64,000 nucleotides of DNA from the IMG/VR virus record IMGVR_UViG_3300037067_013676, positions 1-64,000 of that record; one strand, 5' to 3'. Under the pieces are notes generated by a model that saw only the letters and a list, made by a program, of their open reading frames with translations, had not been told where the DNA came from and did no database searches. This DNA comes from a virus. Lineage: Duplodnaviria > Caudoviricetes. The translations under genes were made by a program, and so were the position numbers. Below, piece by piece: positions 7,766-16,601 of this stretch (its first letter is position 1; every line of letters begins with the position of its first letter).

Positions 7766-9340
7766 ATGGAAAATAAGTATAAGATTCTAGATTTATATGA
7801 GCAGTGGGGATTTGATTTAGTTCCCGTGGCTAAAGATTCTAAAGTACCCATAGAAAAAAATTGGGTGAATAAGGAACACAAAATTAAGTCTGAGTGGGAG
7901 TCTTGGCTTAATGATGGAATAAATTTTGGATGTAAAACAGGTAAAGCTTCTAATGTCACAGTGATAGACATAGATACTAAAGAAGTTGCTGAAGACTTAA
8001 AACTTGTCTTAAATAATATCAAAACTTTACGACAATTGACCTCAAAAGGCGAACATTTTTTCTTCAAATATGTTCCAGAATTACCTAAGACTCGACTGGA
8101 AGAATACAAAGTTGACATTGAAAATGATGGTGGGCAGGTAATTTTATACCCCAGCACAGTTAATGGAGTTAAAAGAGAATTAGAAATAGATGAAATTATA
8201 GAAATGCCAGAAGAATTAAAGAAATTTATTTTAGACAAACTTCCAAATAAACCACTTAAAACATTTAATGAAGAAATAAAAGAAGATATTATAAATGAAG
8301 ATTTTAACTTAGGATTAGTAGAAGAAGGCAATAGAAATAATGCACTTTTAAGAATAGGTGGAATTTTAAGAAAAAATCTAAATATTACTCAAACAGATTT
8401 TGCGTTAAATGTATTAAACAGAACTTGCTGCAAACCCCCACTACCATTAAGAGAATTAGATAATATAGTAACATCACTTTCACGTTACGATACCTTCGAT
8501 GAACGTGAACTTGCTTCGAGAATATTACAGTATCTAAAAATAGTAGAAAATGCCAATAGTAGGGATATTAAAGAAGCTTTAGATATGCATGGTGCGGATG
8601 GTAAACAGAGATTAGAAAAAGCTATTAAATATCTCGTAAAAGAAGGATTTCTTTTTAAGAAAAGTAGATCATATCTTCTAATTAAAAGAGCCGAATGGAA
8701 AACTACTTTTGAGAATGAAGGGCAATTAATAGATTTTAAGTTCCCCTATCTAGATGATTGTGCTTTTATACGAGATTCGGATTTAATAATTATTGGGGCT
8801 AAAACTGGTGTAGGAAAGACGACGCTTGCCATGAACATGGTGAAAAGATTGGTTGACCAAGGAAAAAACCCACATTACATTAGTCTTGAAAGTGGTGCTA
8901 GATTTATTAGTAATGCCAAAACATTAGGTATTCCAGAAGGTTCTTTCAAATGGTGCGTACACTTCTCGCCAACCGACGTGGAACTTGAAGAATCGTGCGT
9001 GACGCTGGTAGACTGGCTTTTACCAGATGACTACGCTATGACCGATAAAATTTACAAGTATTTTGCGGAACAATTATTTAAGAAAAAAGGTATTTTAATA
9101 GTATTTGCTCAATTAATGCAAGACGGCAATTTCTTTGCCAAAAATATGATAGATTTATTCCCAGCTTTAGTAGCTAAATTTATTTATGATGATGAGCACG
9201 GGGAAAACTCACATTTCCAGATAACTAAAATAAGAGAAGCAAAGCATAGACTTAAATATAATAAGATTTTATGTAAATATGACTGGAATTCCAAACAATT
9301 AAAAACTATAGAAGAAATAGAAAGGGAGAAAAATGGTTAA
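7766..9340 (+). CDS. bifunctional primase/polymerase fused to SF4-like helicase
   Basis: Prim-Pol motifs (TVIDID, GEHFFF), PriCT-like EGNRNNAL, Walker A GAKTGVGKTT, Walker B LVDW. Confidence 0.85.
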   Translation: MENKYKILDLYEQWGFDLVPVAKDSKVPIEKNWVNKEHKIKSEWESWLNDGINFGCKTGKASNVTVIDIDTKEVAEDLKLVLNNIKTLRQLTSKGEHFFFKYVPELPKTRLEEYKVDIENDGGQVILYPSTVNGVKRELEIDEIIEMPEELKKFILDKLPNKPLKTFNEEIKEDIINEDFNLGLVEEGNRNNALLRIGGILRKNLNITQTDFALNVLNRTCCKPPLPLRELDNIVTSLSRYDTFDERELASRILQYLKIVENANSRDIKEALDMHGADGKQRLEKAIKYLVKEGFLFKKSRSYLLIKRAEWKTTFENEGQLIDFKFPYLDDCAFIRDSDLIIIGAKTGVGKTTLAMNMVKRLVDQGKNPHYISLESGARFISNAKTLGIPEGSFKWCVHFSPTDVELEESCVTLVDWLLPDDYAMTDKIYKYFAEQLFKKKGILIVFAQLMQDGNFFAKNMIDLFPALVAKFIYDDEHGENSHFQITKIREAKHRLKYNKILCKYDWNSKQLKTIEEIEREKNG

Positions 9341-9617
9341 AGATGAGTTACAACCCGAACTTTCCGACATCATCGAAATGATCCACAGGTATTGTAGTTC
9401 TAATAAGAATGAAGTATCTTTTGTCTGGTCATTTGTCGGATTCAAAGAAGACCCAGAACATAAGTGTGTAGAATGTGGAGATAATTGTGATATAGTGGAT
9501 GATAAAAAAAGTATGGTAGGTGCGTATGGAGATTTAGAAACATTAAGAATTTTAACTAATGAACTAAGAGATGTTATAGAAGATGAAGTAGATGAGGATG
9601 GATTTATTAATCTATAA
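9333..9617 (+). CDS. hypothetical acidic protein
   Basis: 94-aa ORF, translationally coupled. Confidence 0.55.
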   Translation: MVKDELQPELSDIIEMIHRYCSSNKNEVSFVWSFVGFKEDPEHKCVECGDNCDIVDDKKSMVGAYGDLETLRILTNELRDVIEDEVDEDGFINL

Positions 9618-9623
9618 ATAATT

Positions 9624-9977
9624 ATGAAAATAGGTATAGTAGGTTCACGAAGAAAAGATACAAAAGAAGATTATGAAAAGGTATTACTAGAATTTACTAA
9701 AAGATTTATAGAAGGAGATACTATAGTTTCGGGGGGATGTCCTAAAGGTGGAGATAGATTTGCTGAAACAATATCACATAGATATAATATTCCCATAAAA
9801 ATTTATCCAGCTAATTGGAAGTTAGGAAAATCTGCTGGATTTTTAAGAAATAGTGATATAGCTAAAGAAAGTGATATTTTAATAGCTTGTGTTGCTGAAA
9901 ATAGAAAAGGTGGAACTGAAGATACAATTAAGAAATTTATTAAGTTTCATGGTAACACTAATCTATATTTAGTATAA
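9624..9977 (+). CDS. SLOG-family (YspA/DUF2493-like) protein
   Basis: IGIVGSR, IVSGGCPKGGD, YPANW, AGFLRN, GGTEDT motifs. Confidence 0.75.
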   Translation: MKIGIVGSRRKDTKEDYEKVLLEFTKRFIEGDTIVSGGCPKGGDRFAETISHRYNIPIKIYPANWKLGKSAGFLRNSDIAKESDILIACVAENRKGGTEDTIKKFIKFHGNTNLYLV

Positions 9978-9978
9978 T

Positions 9979-10485
9979 ATGCGGAAAAGAATCGTATTCG
10001 ACTTGGACGGCGTTCTCAGGAATCTTTTTAAGTCTTTTAGAGAAAGATTTAATATCCCAGATGGAGTCTATGGATATAATTCTACAGATTTATTTTTGGG
10101 GAAAACTATATATGAATGGGCAAAAGAAGATTATAGTTTTATTTATAAATCCGAACCCACAGAATACTTAGATACTATAAAACAATGCACTAACGGTTCT
10201 AAGATAGAAATTTGGAGCCACCAACCAGATGATTGGATTAAATATACTAAAAAGTGGCTAAATACCTATCTTAAAGGTAAATATATAATTAAATATCTAA
10301 CACCAGAAGACAAGTATAGAAAGTTAAAAGACAATCCTAACTTCTTTTTAGTTGAAGATTCACCAAGATTCCCAAATTATGATAGAATAATTCTTATAGA
10401 TAGAGAATATAATCAAGAAGTTCAACCTTTTGTGAGAATAAAAACTAAAGAAGAACTTAAAACACTTTTAGAAAGGTATAAATGA
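9979..10485 (+). CDS. HAD-family 5'(3')-deoxyribonucleotidase-like phosphatase
   Basis: FDLDGVL, LVEDSP, YNQ motifs. Confidence 0.75.
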   Translation: MRKRIVFDLDGVLRNLFKSFRERFNIPDGVYGYNSTDLFLGKTIYEWAKEDYSFIYKSEPTEYLDTIKQCTNGSKIEIWSHQPDDWIKYTKKWLNTYLKGKYIIKYLTPEDKYRKLKDNPNFFLVEDSPRFPNYDRIILIDREYNQEVQPFVRIKTKEELKTLLERYK

Positions 10486-10667
10486 TTTGGTTTATTATAG
10501 AAATTATTGTTTTACTTATATTAGGATGTAAAATGCTAGCATTATTGTCTGATGATAGTGTAGAAAATATAAAAATAAATTTTTATGACTATATGTTATA
10601 TGCTATTCCTTTTTCTATATTGTTATTAATAACTATATTTACTGGATGTTTTATATTTGATAAATAA
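10482..10667 (+). CDS. small membrane protein
   Basis: Two hydrophobic segments. Confidence 0.45.
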   Translation: MIWFIIEIIVLLILGCKMLALLSDDSVENIKINFYDYMLYAIPFSILLLITIFTGCFIFDK

Positions 10668-10674
10668 GGAGATT

Positions 10675-11313
10675 ATGATGCAGTATTGGTTTTTGTCAGA
10701 TACACACTTTTCGCACGCCAATATCATTCGTTATACAAATCGTCCTTTTCTTAAAGAAGGTGATTTAGATAAAGATGGAAATTGGGTTAGTCTATATATT
10801 GCTAACCAAAGAGTGGAAGAAATGAATTCTTTCATTATTAAAAGATGGAACGAAAGAGTAAAAGATGAAGATACTGTATATCTTATAGGTGATTTTTGCT
10901 TCAAGTCAACTCCAAACCAACTTCATAAAGGCGAGGGGCAGTTGTTTCCATCAGATTACTTTGAAAAGCAATTAAATGGAAAGATTATATTCATAAAAGG
11001 TTCCCACGATAATAACAATTCGTGTAAAACTTGTATTAGATGTATTAAGATTAAACTTGGCGGATATGTAATTAATCTTGTTCACGATCCAGAACATTTA
11101 GATTACAGCGTTCCAATTAATATAATCGGACATGTTCACAACGCATTTAGTGTTAAAAGATGCTATTTAGGCAAAAAATCAACTGTAGCTATTAATGTAT
11201 CTGCGGATGTAACTAATTTTATGCCCCAAACTATTGAACAGATTCTAAAAAGATACCAAATGTTTCTTAAAGAAGAAAAAATTAAGAAAAAGGAGAAAAG
11301 TGAATCAAAATGA
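10675..11313 (+). CDS. calcineurin-like metallophosphoesterase
   Basis: SDTHF, IGDF, KGSHD, GHVH, NVS motifs; SD AGGAG before 10675. Confidence 0.85.
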   Translation: MMQYWFLSDTHFSHANIIRYTNRPFLKEGDLDKDGNWVSLYIANQRVEEMNSFIIKRWNERVKDEDTVYLIGDFCFKSTPNQLHKGEGQLFPSDYFEKQLNGKIIFIKGSHDNNNSCKTCIRCIKIKLGGYVINLVHDPEHLDYSVPINIIGHVHNAFSVKRCYLGKKSTVAINVSADVTNFMPQTIEQILKRYQMFLKEEKIKKKEKSESK

Positions 11314-11507
11314 TCAAAAAATGCCCATTCTGTCAGGTTGAACTTGCTTGGGCTAAAGGTAAACAAGTAACTTGGTGTAGTAATTGTGGTGGTAGTTGGG
11401 TTCCAAAATGTCCCAGATGTGGTGAACCTACATGGATGGCTTTAAATCAGTATTATAAACATATAGTAGTAACAGATTGCGATTTCGAAGGAGTGGTAAT
11501 AAAATGA
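11310..11507 (+). CDS. small zinc-finger protein
   Basis: CPFC, CSNC, CPRC. Confidence 0.55.
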   Translation: MIKKCPFCQVELAWAKGKQVTWCSNCGGSWVPKCPRCGEPTWMALNQYYKHIVVTDCDFEGVVIK

Positions 11508-12005
11508 AAATATTTATGTTGGAAGAAAAAGAAACTTGGAGTAAATTTAAAATTTCTATTTGTATAGGAAGTTTTACTATTAGTTTTGCATGTTTTTTGA
11601 TAAGAGATCTATTTTTTTCTTTTATATTTTTTTGTTTGGGGATTCTTTATTTATTTATCTTAAAAAATCATCCAGATGACTATTCTGGAATATGTGGAAT
11701 ATAAAAAGAGTTTATTATAAATGAGCGACGCCACGTTTACTCCAGATTATTCATTTAATATGAATATTTGCCTAAAATCCTGTAAAAATAGAGATAAATT
11801 ATGTGATACTTGTATTAGATTTAGTAATTATGTAGAAATGGATAGTAAAAATGAGTAAAATAGTAGATTCTTTATTAAAAGATTTTGGTAAACCAGATTC
11901 AGTTTCAATTATTAAACTTCGTAAATGTAAAGACGTAGAAATATTTTTAAGAAATAAACGAAAATCTGAAAATAGAAAAACGCCTAATTATATATTTAAA
12001 TAACA

Positions 12006-12296
12006 ATGCAAGACATAAAGAAAAAATCAGAGCAAAGTAAAAACCCTACTTCTATTTCTAGAAGAGAAAGAAGAAAGAAACTTACTAGAATAAAAGACAC
12101 TCTACATAGAGGATGTGGTAAAAAGGTATATAGTGGATATGGGAAAGGTAAGTGGGGCGACCTAAAATGCCATATTTGCGGAGAGAAAATATATTCTTGT
12201 ACAATCGAAGTAATTCACGGAAAGATTGTAAATTATTGCAACAAAACCACTTGTAAAGACGAAGTGGATAAATTAAAAAAAGGAATTACGTCGTAG
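12006..12296 (+). CDS. basic zinc-binding hypothetical protein
   Basis: HRGCG, CHICG, CNKTTC. Confidence 0.5.
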   Translation: MQDIKKKSEQSKNPTSISRRERRKKLTRIKDTLHRGCGKKVYSGYGKGKWGDLKCHICGEKIYSCTIEVIHGKIVNYCNKTTCKDEVDKLKKGITS

Positions 12297-12454
12297 GGGT
12301 GCTAACTGGGAAGGAATGGAAGGGGGAATCCTCTTCAGTCGCAGAAAGGGCGTTGACTGAGTCGATGGCTCAAGTATGTGGTGGTTAGCATAAGAACCTG
12401 CTTGGATAAGCTGAAAATACCTTATGACCTAAATTTAAGAAGGGAATAAATGAT
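12290..12454 (+). ncRNA. candidate structured leader RNA with partial TPP-riboswitch resemblance (element R3)
   Basis: Stems 12300-07/12383-90, 12319-25/12330-36, 12337-40/12355-58, 12359-63/12367-71, 12400-03/12408-11; GGGGTGC...GCTGAAAATACC...ACCT...AGGGAA. Confidence 0.45.
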
Positions 12455-12746
12455 TAATAAAATTAAAAAAGGGTATAGGAAAGAAAAAATAGCTTTTGAT
12501 GAACTGGCAAACTATCCTTATAGATGGAAAACTATGAGAAATAAATGGTGTAATCTCGATCTTTTTCGTGAATTTGATGTTATGGTTGCAAATGATAAGG
12601 AATTAAGGTTCATCCAAGTAAAGAGTAATAATTGTGGTAATGATGTAAGAGAAAGAATAAAAGCCATCAAACTGCCAAAATGTTGCAAAAAAGAGTTATG
12701 GATTTGGAAAGATAATAAAGGATGGTCGAAGGAAGTGATTAAATGA
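12450..12746 (+). CDS. PD-(D/E)xK nuclease, resolvase-like
   Basis: FDVMVA...FIQVKSN motif. Confidence 0.65.
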   Translation: MINKIKKGYRKEKIAFDELANYPYRWKTMRNKWCNLDLFREFDVMVANDKELRFIQVKSNNCGNDVRERIKAIKLPKCCKKELWIWKDNKGWSKEVIK

Positions 12747-12928
12747 AAATCACAATAGAAGATACTACAAACAGAAAAGTAAGTTTAGAGTGTTTAGACG
12801 AAGTAGATATTTTTGAAGCTATTGATAATATTTGCGGGCTTTTAGTAAGTTATGGGTTTCACCCTGAAAGTGTAAAAGACGGAATTATAGCAAAAGCAGA
12901 AGAATATGAAGATTCAAAAGAAATATAG
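12743..12928 (+). CDS. hypothetical protein
   Basis: 61-aa ORF; GLLVSYGFHPESV. Confidence 0.5.
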   Translation: MKITIEDTTNRKVSLECLDEVDIFEAIDNICGLLVSYGFHPESVKDGIIAKAEEYEDSKEI

Positions 12929-13112
12929 AAATTCCACTTATCTTTGTTTAAAACCTATACTGTTTGGCAACGATAGTTTAGAACATAAAATGCCATTATC
13001 TCGTGGTGGAACAAATGAATATAGTAATTTAGCTGTTGCTCATGGACTTTGTAATAGTAAAAAACATGCTAAAACTGAAAATGAATCAAGTAAATCTAAA
13101 TATCCCAGTTAG
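12906..13112 (+). pseudogene. minimal or truncated HNH endonuclease
   Basis: LEHKMPLSRGGTNEYSNLAVAHGLCNSKK; first Cys of the CxxC is missing (TYLC); no DNA-binding N-terminus. Confidence 0.55.
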
Positions 13113-13360
13113 CTTTAGCCAAGGTGGTGGAACTGCTAATATCGGAGACCAAACTTATTGGATAGGAGACTACCCAACTTGGTATCCCAATGTAATAAAA
13201 GAATACTATCCTATATATTATCCAGTGTATCAAGCTTATCCTAATAGATTTGAGCAGGCGTTCAAAATATTGATGAAGTTAATAGAAAAAAAGATAGTTA
13301 AGATTGATAAGGTTCAAGAATTTGCAGAAACCATAAATGCTATTGTAGATATATTATAAA

Positions 13361-13591
13361 ATGATTAAACAAAATAAATGGTATTGGTGTACTTATGGTT
13401 GGTTAACTAAGAGGTTGGGAAGAGCTAAAAAAATTGGGGAAAAAACTTTTGAAGTTCAATACTACGCAAATCAAATGTATCCAACTGAATTGTGGGACTC
13501 ATTATATATAAAAATTTTTACTAATAGAAAAAAGGCTGAAGAATATATAAAAGTTAATTATCCAACTTCAGGAAGTATATTATATGACTAA
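13361..13591 (+). CDS. hypothetical protein
   Basis: 76-aa ORF in operon. Confidence 0.5.
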   Translation: MIKQNKWYWCTYGWLTKRLGRAKKIGEKTFEVQYYANQMYPTELWDSLYIKIFTNRKKAEEYIKVNYPTSGSILYD

Positions 13592-13922
13592 ATTAACAAA
13601 AGATATAGGTTCAGAGTTTGAAAATAAAGTATTAGCTCACTTTCAAGAAATTCTGCCTACTGCAAAGCTTACAAAAGCTTCAGGAGCTAAATCTCAGAAA
13701 GGAGATATAACTTTAGGTAATGAATTTAGGGCGAAGATAGAATGTAAATATCGTGAAACAGATAATTGTATAATTAATCGTAAGGTTTGGCAAAAATTAT
13801 GCGGCGAGTTAAACACTTATCATAATGATACCCCAATACTAATATTAGGTAACAAACATGATGAAATATTCGCAGTTTTAGATATAAAGGATTTAATTCG
13901 GATAATAAAGGAGAAAAAATGA
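13584..13922 (+). CDS. Holliday junction resolvase (Hjc-like PD-(D/E)xK)
   Basis: GSEFE, SGA..KGDI, IECKY motifs. Confidence 0.75.
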   Translation: MTKLTKDIGSEFENKVLAHFQEILPTAKLTKASGAKSQKGDITLGNEFRAKIECKYRETDNCIINRKVWQKLCGELNTYHNDTPILILGNKHDEIFAVLDIKDLIRIIKEKK

Positions 13923-14088
13923 GTTGGGGTAAAAGATATTTTGGTTTAGTGGTTATATTAGAAGCATATAAAAAAGATAAGATAGATTTAAGAGAAGCAG
14001 TTACATTATTTAGAGCTATTGTTAGAGGAATTGGAATGAAAGACGCAAAAGAATTTATTGAACAAACATCAAAAAAGGAGAAGTAAAA

Positions 14089-14250
14089 ATGGCAAGTACC
14101 ATCAAGGAATTCAAAGGTAATAAGGTTTTAGTTCTAACAGATGATAGAAATGAAAAGAATTTTGTAAGCTTTGGATATAATAAGGCTCGTTTAATTTTAG
14201 CGAACTTAAAGGATATTGAGAAGTTTGTAGCAGATAATACTAAAAAATAA
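14089..14250 (+). CDS. small conserved protein (53 aa, not in ORF track)
   Basis: MASTIKEFKGNKVLVL...VSFGYNKARLILANLKDIEKFV; SD AAGGAG. Confidence 0.55.
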   Translation: MASTIKEFKGNKVLVLTDDRNEKNFVSFGYNKARLILANLKDIEKFVADNTKK

Positions 14251-14258
14251 GAGGTTAT

Positions 14259-15170
14259 ATGGCAAAAAAATCTAAAGAAGAGCTGTCTCTTTCGGAAAAG
14301 AAAGAACGACTTAACAAATTGATGGCAGAAAAGAACCGTGAATATAAAGATACGATTCTCAAATTTGCTAAAGATGAAGAAGATAAAGAACGATTCCCAT
14401 TTGGTAATAAACAAATAGATGAATTTACTGGTAATGGTGGCGTTGGTGGGAATTTCATTATAATTTGGGGTGGTGAGGGAGTTGGAAAAAGCACTTTAGC
14501 GTTAAATCAAGTAGCTACAGCACAAAAAAAGAATAAAATATGTGCATATGTTGATATTGAACATTCATTTGACAAGCAAAGAGCTGAATTGTTTGGTGTA
14601 AATTTGAATGATTTAGTTTTAATAGAAAACGCAAACTGTGCAGAAGAAGCTATGGATATAATCTTAAGTTTAGCTAAAGAAAAGGTGGTAGATTTAATAA
14701 TTTTAGATTCCATCCAAGCTATGACTCCTAAAGCTGAAAGTGAAGGAAAAAGTGGTAAAGAACGTAGTATGGAGGAAGATGAAATTGCTTTATTAGCTAA
14801 GAAAATGGGTAAATTTTTAAGAAGGTGTTCTACTCCGATATATAAAGCAAAGATAGCTGTTACTATGATAGGGCAATCAAGAACTGGCGGTATTGGTTCT
14901 TTTGCAACTCATGAAGAACTAACAGGGGGACGAGCTTCTAAACATTACTCTCTTTTAACTTTATTTATGCAAAAAGGTCCAGGTGCTGAATCTCCTACAG
15001 AAAAAGTAACGCTGGAAGAAAAAGATGAAAATGGAAAACCAATTAAAGTAACGAAAAAAATAGGATTCCAAGGGATTATTAAAATTCAAAAAACAAAAGT
15101 AAATTCAAAACCAGAGTTAAGTGATTTGCGAATTCCATTTTATTTTGATCGTGGATTTTATAATGAATAA
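14259..15170 (+). CDS. recA: RecA/UvsX-like recombinase
   Basis: GGEGVGKST, YVDIEHSFD, ILDSIQAM, TGGRASKHYS motifs. Confidence 0.9.
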   Translation: MAKKSKEELSLSEKKERLNKLMAEKNREYKDTILKFAKDEEDKERFPFGNKQIDEFTGNGGVGGNFIIIWGGEGVGKSTLALNQVATAQKKNKICAYVDIEHSFDKQRAELFGVNLNDLVLIENANCAEEAMDIILSLAKEKVVDLIILDSIQAMTPKAESEGKSGKERSMEEDEIALLAKKMGKFLRRCSTPIYKAKIAVTMIGQSRTGGIGSFATHEELTGGRASKHYSLLTLFMQKGPGAESPTEKVTLEEKDENGKPIKVTKKIGFQGIIKIQKTKVNSKPELSDLRIPFYFDRGFYNE

Positions 15171-15858
15171 AAAAATATGGAATAACGAAATAACAAAAGA
15201 ATTTCTTGAAAAAGAATATTTAATTAACAAAAAACCTTACTATAAGATAGCTATAGAAAATAATTGTTGTGTTCTTGTTGTTAAAAAACATTTGCTTAAG
15301 TTCAATATTCCAATACGTTCATTATCTGAATCGGAAATGAAGTATCAAAATGTTTTAACTTTTGATTTTTTAAAAGTTGAGTATCTAGATAAATTTAATT
15401 CAGCTTCTTTTATTAGTAAGAGAGTGGGTGTTAGTGTTAATACTGTTCTTCATTACTTAAGAAAATACAATATTAAAATAAGAAAACCTGGTTCAGAAAT
15501 TTTGGGAATTAAAAATAATAAATATATAGATGGAAGAAGTTTATTCACCTCTTCATTAAGAAACTTAAATAAATATAAAAAATGGAGAATTGAAGTTTTC
15601 AATCGTGATAACTATACGTGCCAAGAATGTGGTAAAACTAAATGCTATTTAGAAGCACATCATAAAATAACAGTATCAAAAATAATAGAAAAATATAAAA
15701 TAAAGTCTATTAAAGAACTTCTTAAATGTTCTTTAATGTGGAAAATAAATAATGGAGTAACATTGTGTAAATCGTGTCATAATAAAGCACACCCAGAAAA
15801 AGGATTTATAAAGGAGATTAAAAATGAAGAAAAAACAAATTCAAAAGAAACAAACTAA
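15163..15858 (+). CDS. HNH homing endonuclease with tandem HTH-like repeats
   Basis: VFNRDNYTCQECG...LEAHH...NGVTLCKSCH; two 'FL-x-EYL...YL-x-KFNI-x-IR' repeats; ATG 15163. Confidence 0.85.
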   Translation: MNKKIWNNEITKEFLEKEYLINKKPYYKIAIENNCCVLVVKKHLLKFNIPIRSLSESEMKYQNVLTFDFLKVEYLDKFNSASFISKRVGVSVNTVLHYLRKYNIKIRKPGSEILGIKNNKYIDGRSLFTSSLRNLNKYKKWRIEVFNRDNYTCQECGKTKCYLEAHHKITVSKIIEKYKIKSIKELLKCSLMWKINNGVTLCKSCHNKAHPEKGFIKEIKNEEKTNSKETN

Positions 15859-16036
15859 ATTAATCGCAGACCATATTGATTTAGAAGGAGAAGTAATAAT
15901 TAATGGTAAAAAATTAGATGAAGGAAAGGATTTTACTTTAGATGTTAATGGAATAGAATTAAGTGAAAACAACGAGAAATTACTTGATGCCGCTAATTCT
16001 TACAGTTTCTACTTCAGTAGAAGAATTATAAAATAA
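15824..16036 (+). CDS. hypothetical protein
   Basis: 70-aa ORF with AAGGAG SD. Confidence 0.5.
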   Translation: MKKKQIQKKQTKLIADHIDLEGEVIINGKKLDEGKDFTLDVNGIELSENNEKLLDAANSYSFYFSRRIIK

Positions 16037-16057
16037 TAGTGTTGCACTAAAGACATT

Positions 16058-16474
16058 TTGTATATATGTATTAGTGGGAGCCCAATTATGAATTACTTGG
16101 ATTTAGAAAAATACTTTCTTGAAAATAAATTAGAGGAACTACTAAACCTCTATAAAGAAGACTTTGAAACTATTGATGAATTTTCAAAGCAGTTTGTTAA
16201 TAATCTTCTAATATCTGCGGTTGAATGCCAAGAAGCTTTGGATGTATTAACTGGTTTATATATGAAGTTAAATATAGTTTATAGCATTGCAGACTACTAT
16301 TATCAAAAGAAAAAAGAATTAAGTAAGATAAATAAAGATTTAGCTTTTGCTACTATGACATTTTTAAGAGTTAGGAATATCTTTAAAGCTTATTTAGATT
16401 GTTGTAAAAAGAGCATCGGAACTGCCCAATCTCAACTTAAATACTGGATTTCTGAAATAAGACTACAAAAATAA
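16058..16474 (+). CDS. helical protein, possible recombination mediator
   Basis: Helical composition; lies between recA/HNH and polB; start probably later than the track start. Confidence 0.35.
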   Translation: MYICISGSPIMNYLDLEKYFLENKLEELLNLYKEDFETIDEFSKQFVNNLLISAVECQEALDVLTGLYMKLNIVYSIADYYYQKKKELSKINKDLAFATMTFLRVRNIFKAYLDCCKKSIGTAQSQLKYWISEIRLQK

Positions 16475-16495
16475 GCGTTTTAGCTTTTTTTAGAC

Positions 16496-16570
16496 TCAAA
16501 GGTAGAATTACTCTCTTTTAGAGTAGATCGTTCAAATTAAGGGTATCTGTGGTTAAATTAGGGGTATTCT
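16496..16570 (-). repeat. intergenic periodic element, copy 2 (inverted relative to 3128-3202)
   Basis: GGTA/AGTA at 16501, 16522, 16542, 16563; directly upstream of polB. Confidence 0.45.
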
Positions 16571-16601
16571 AGAAGCTTTGGAGATACCAATTTAGGAGAA
16601 T

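Noticed and set aside
12296-12402. Cobalamin riboswitch
   Set aside because: GGGAA, GAATCC and ACCTGC fragments are present, but the CCCGC-ACTGT and AGYCAG B12-box arrangement is missing.
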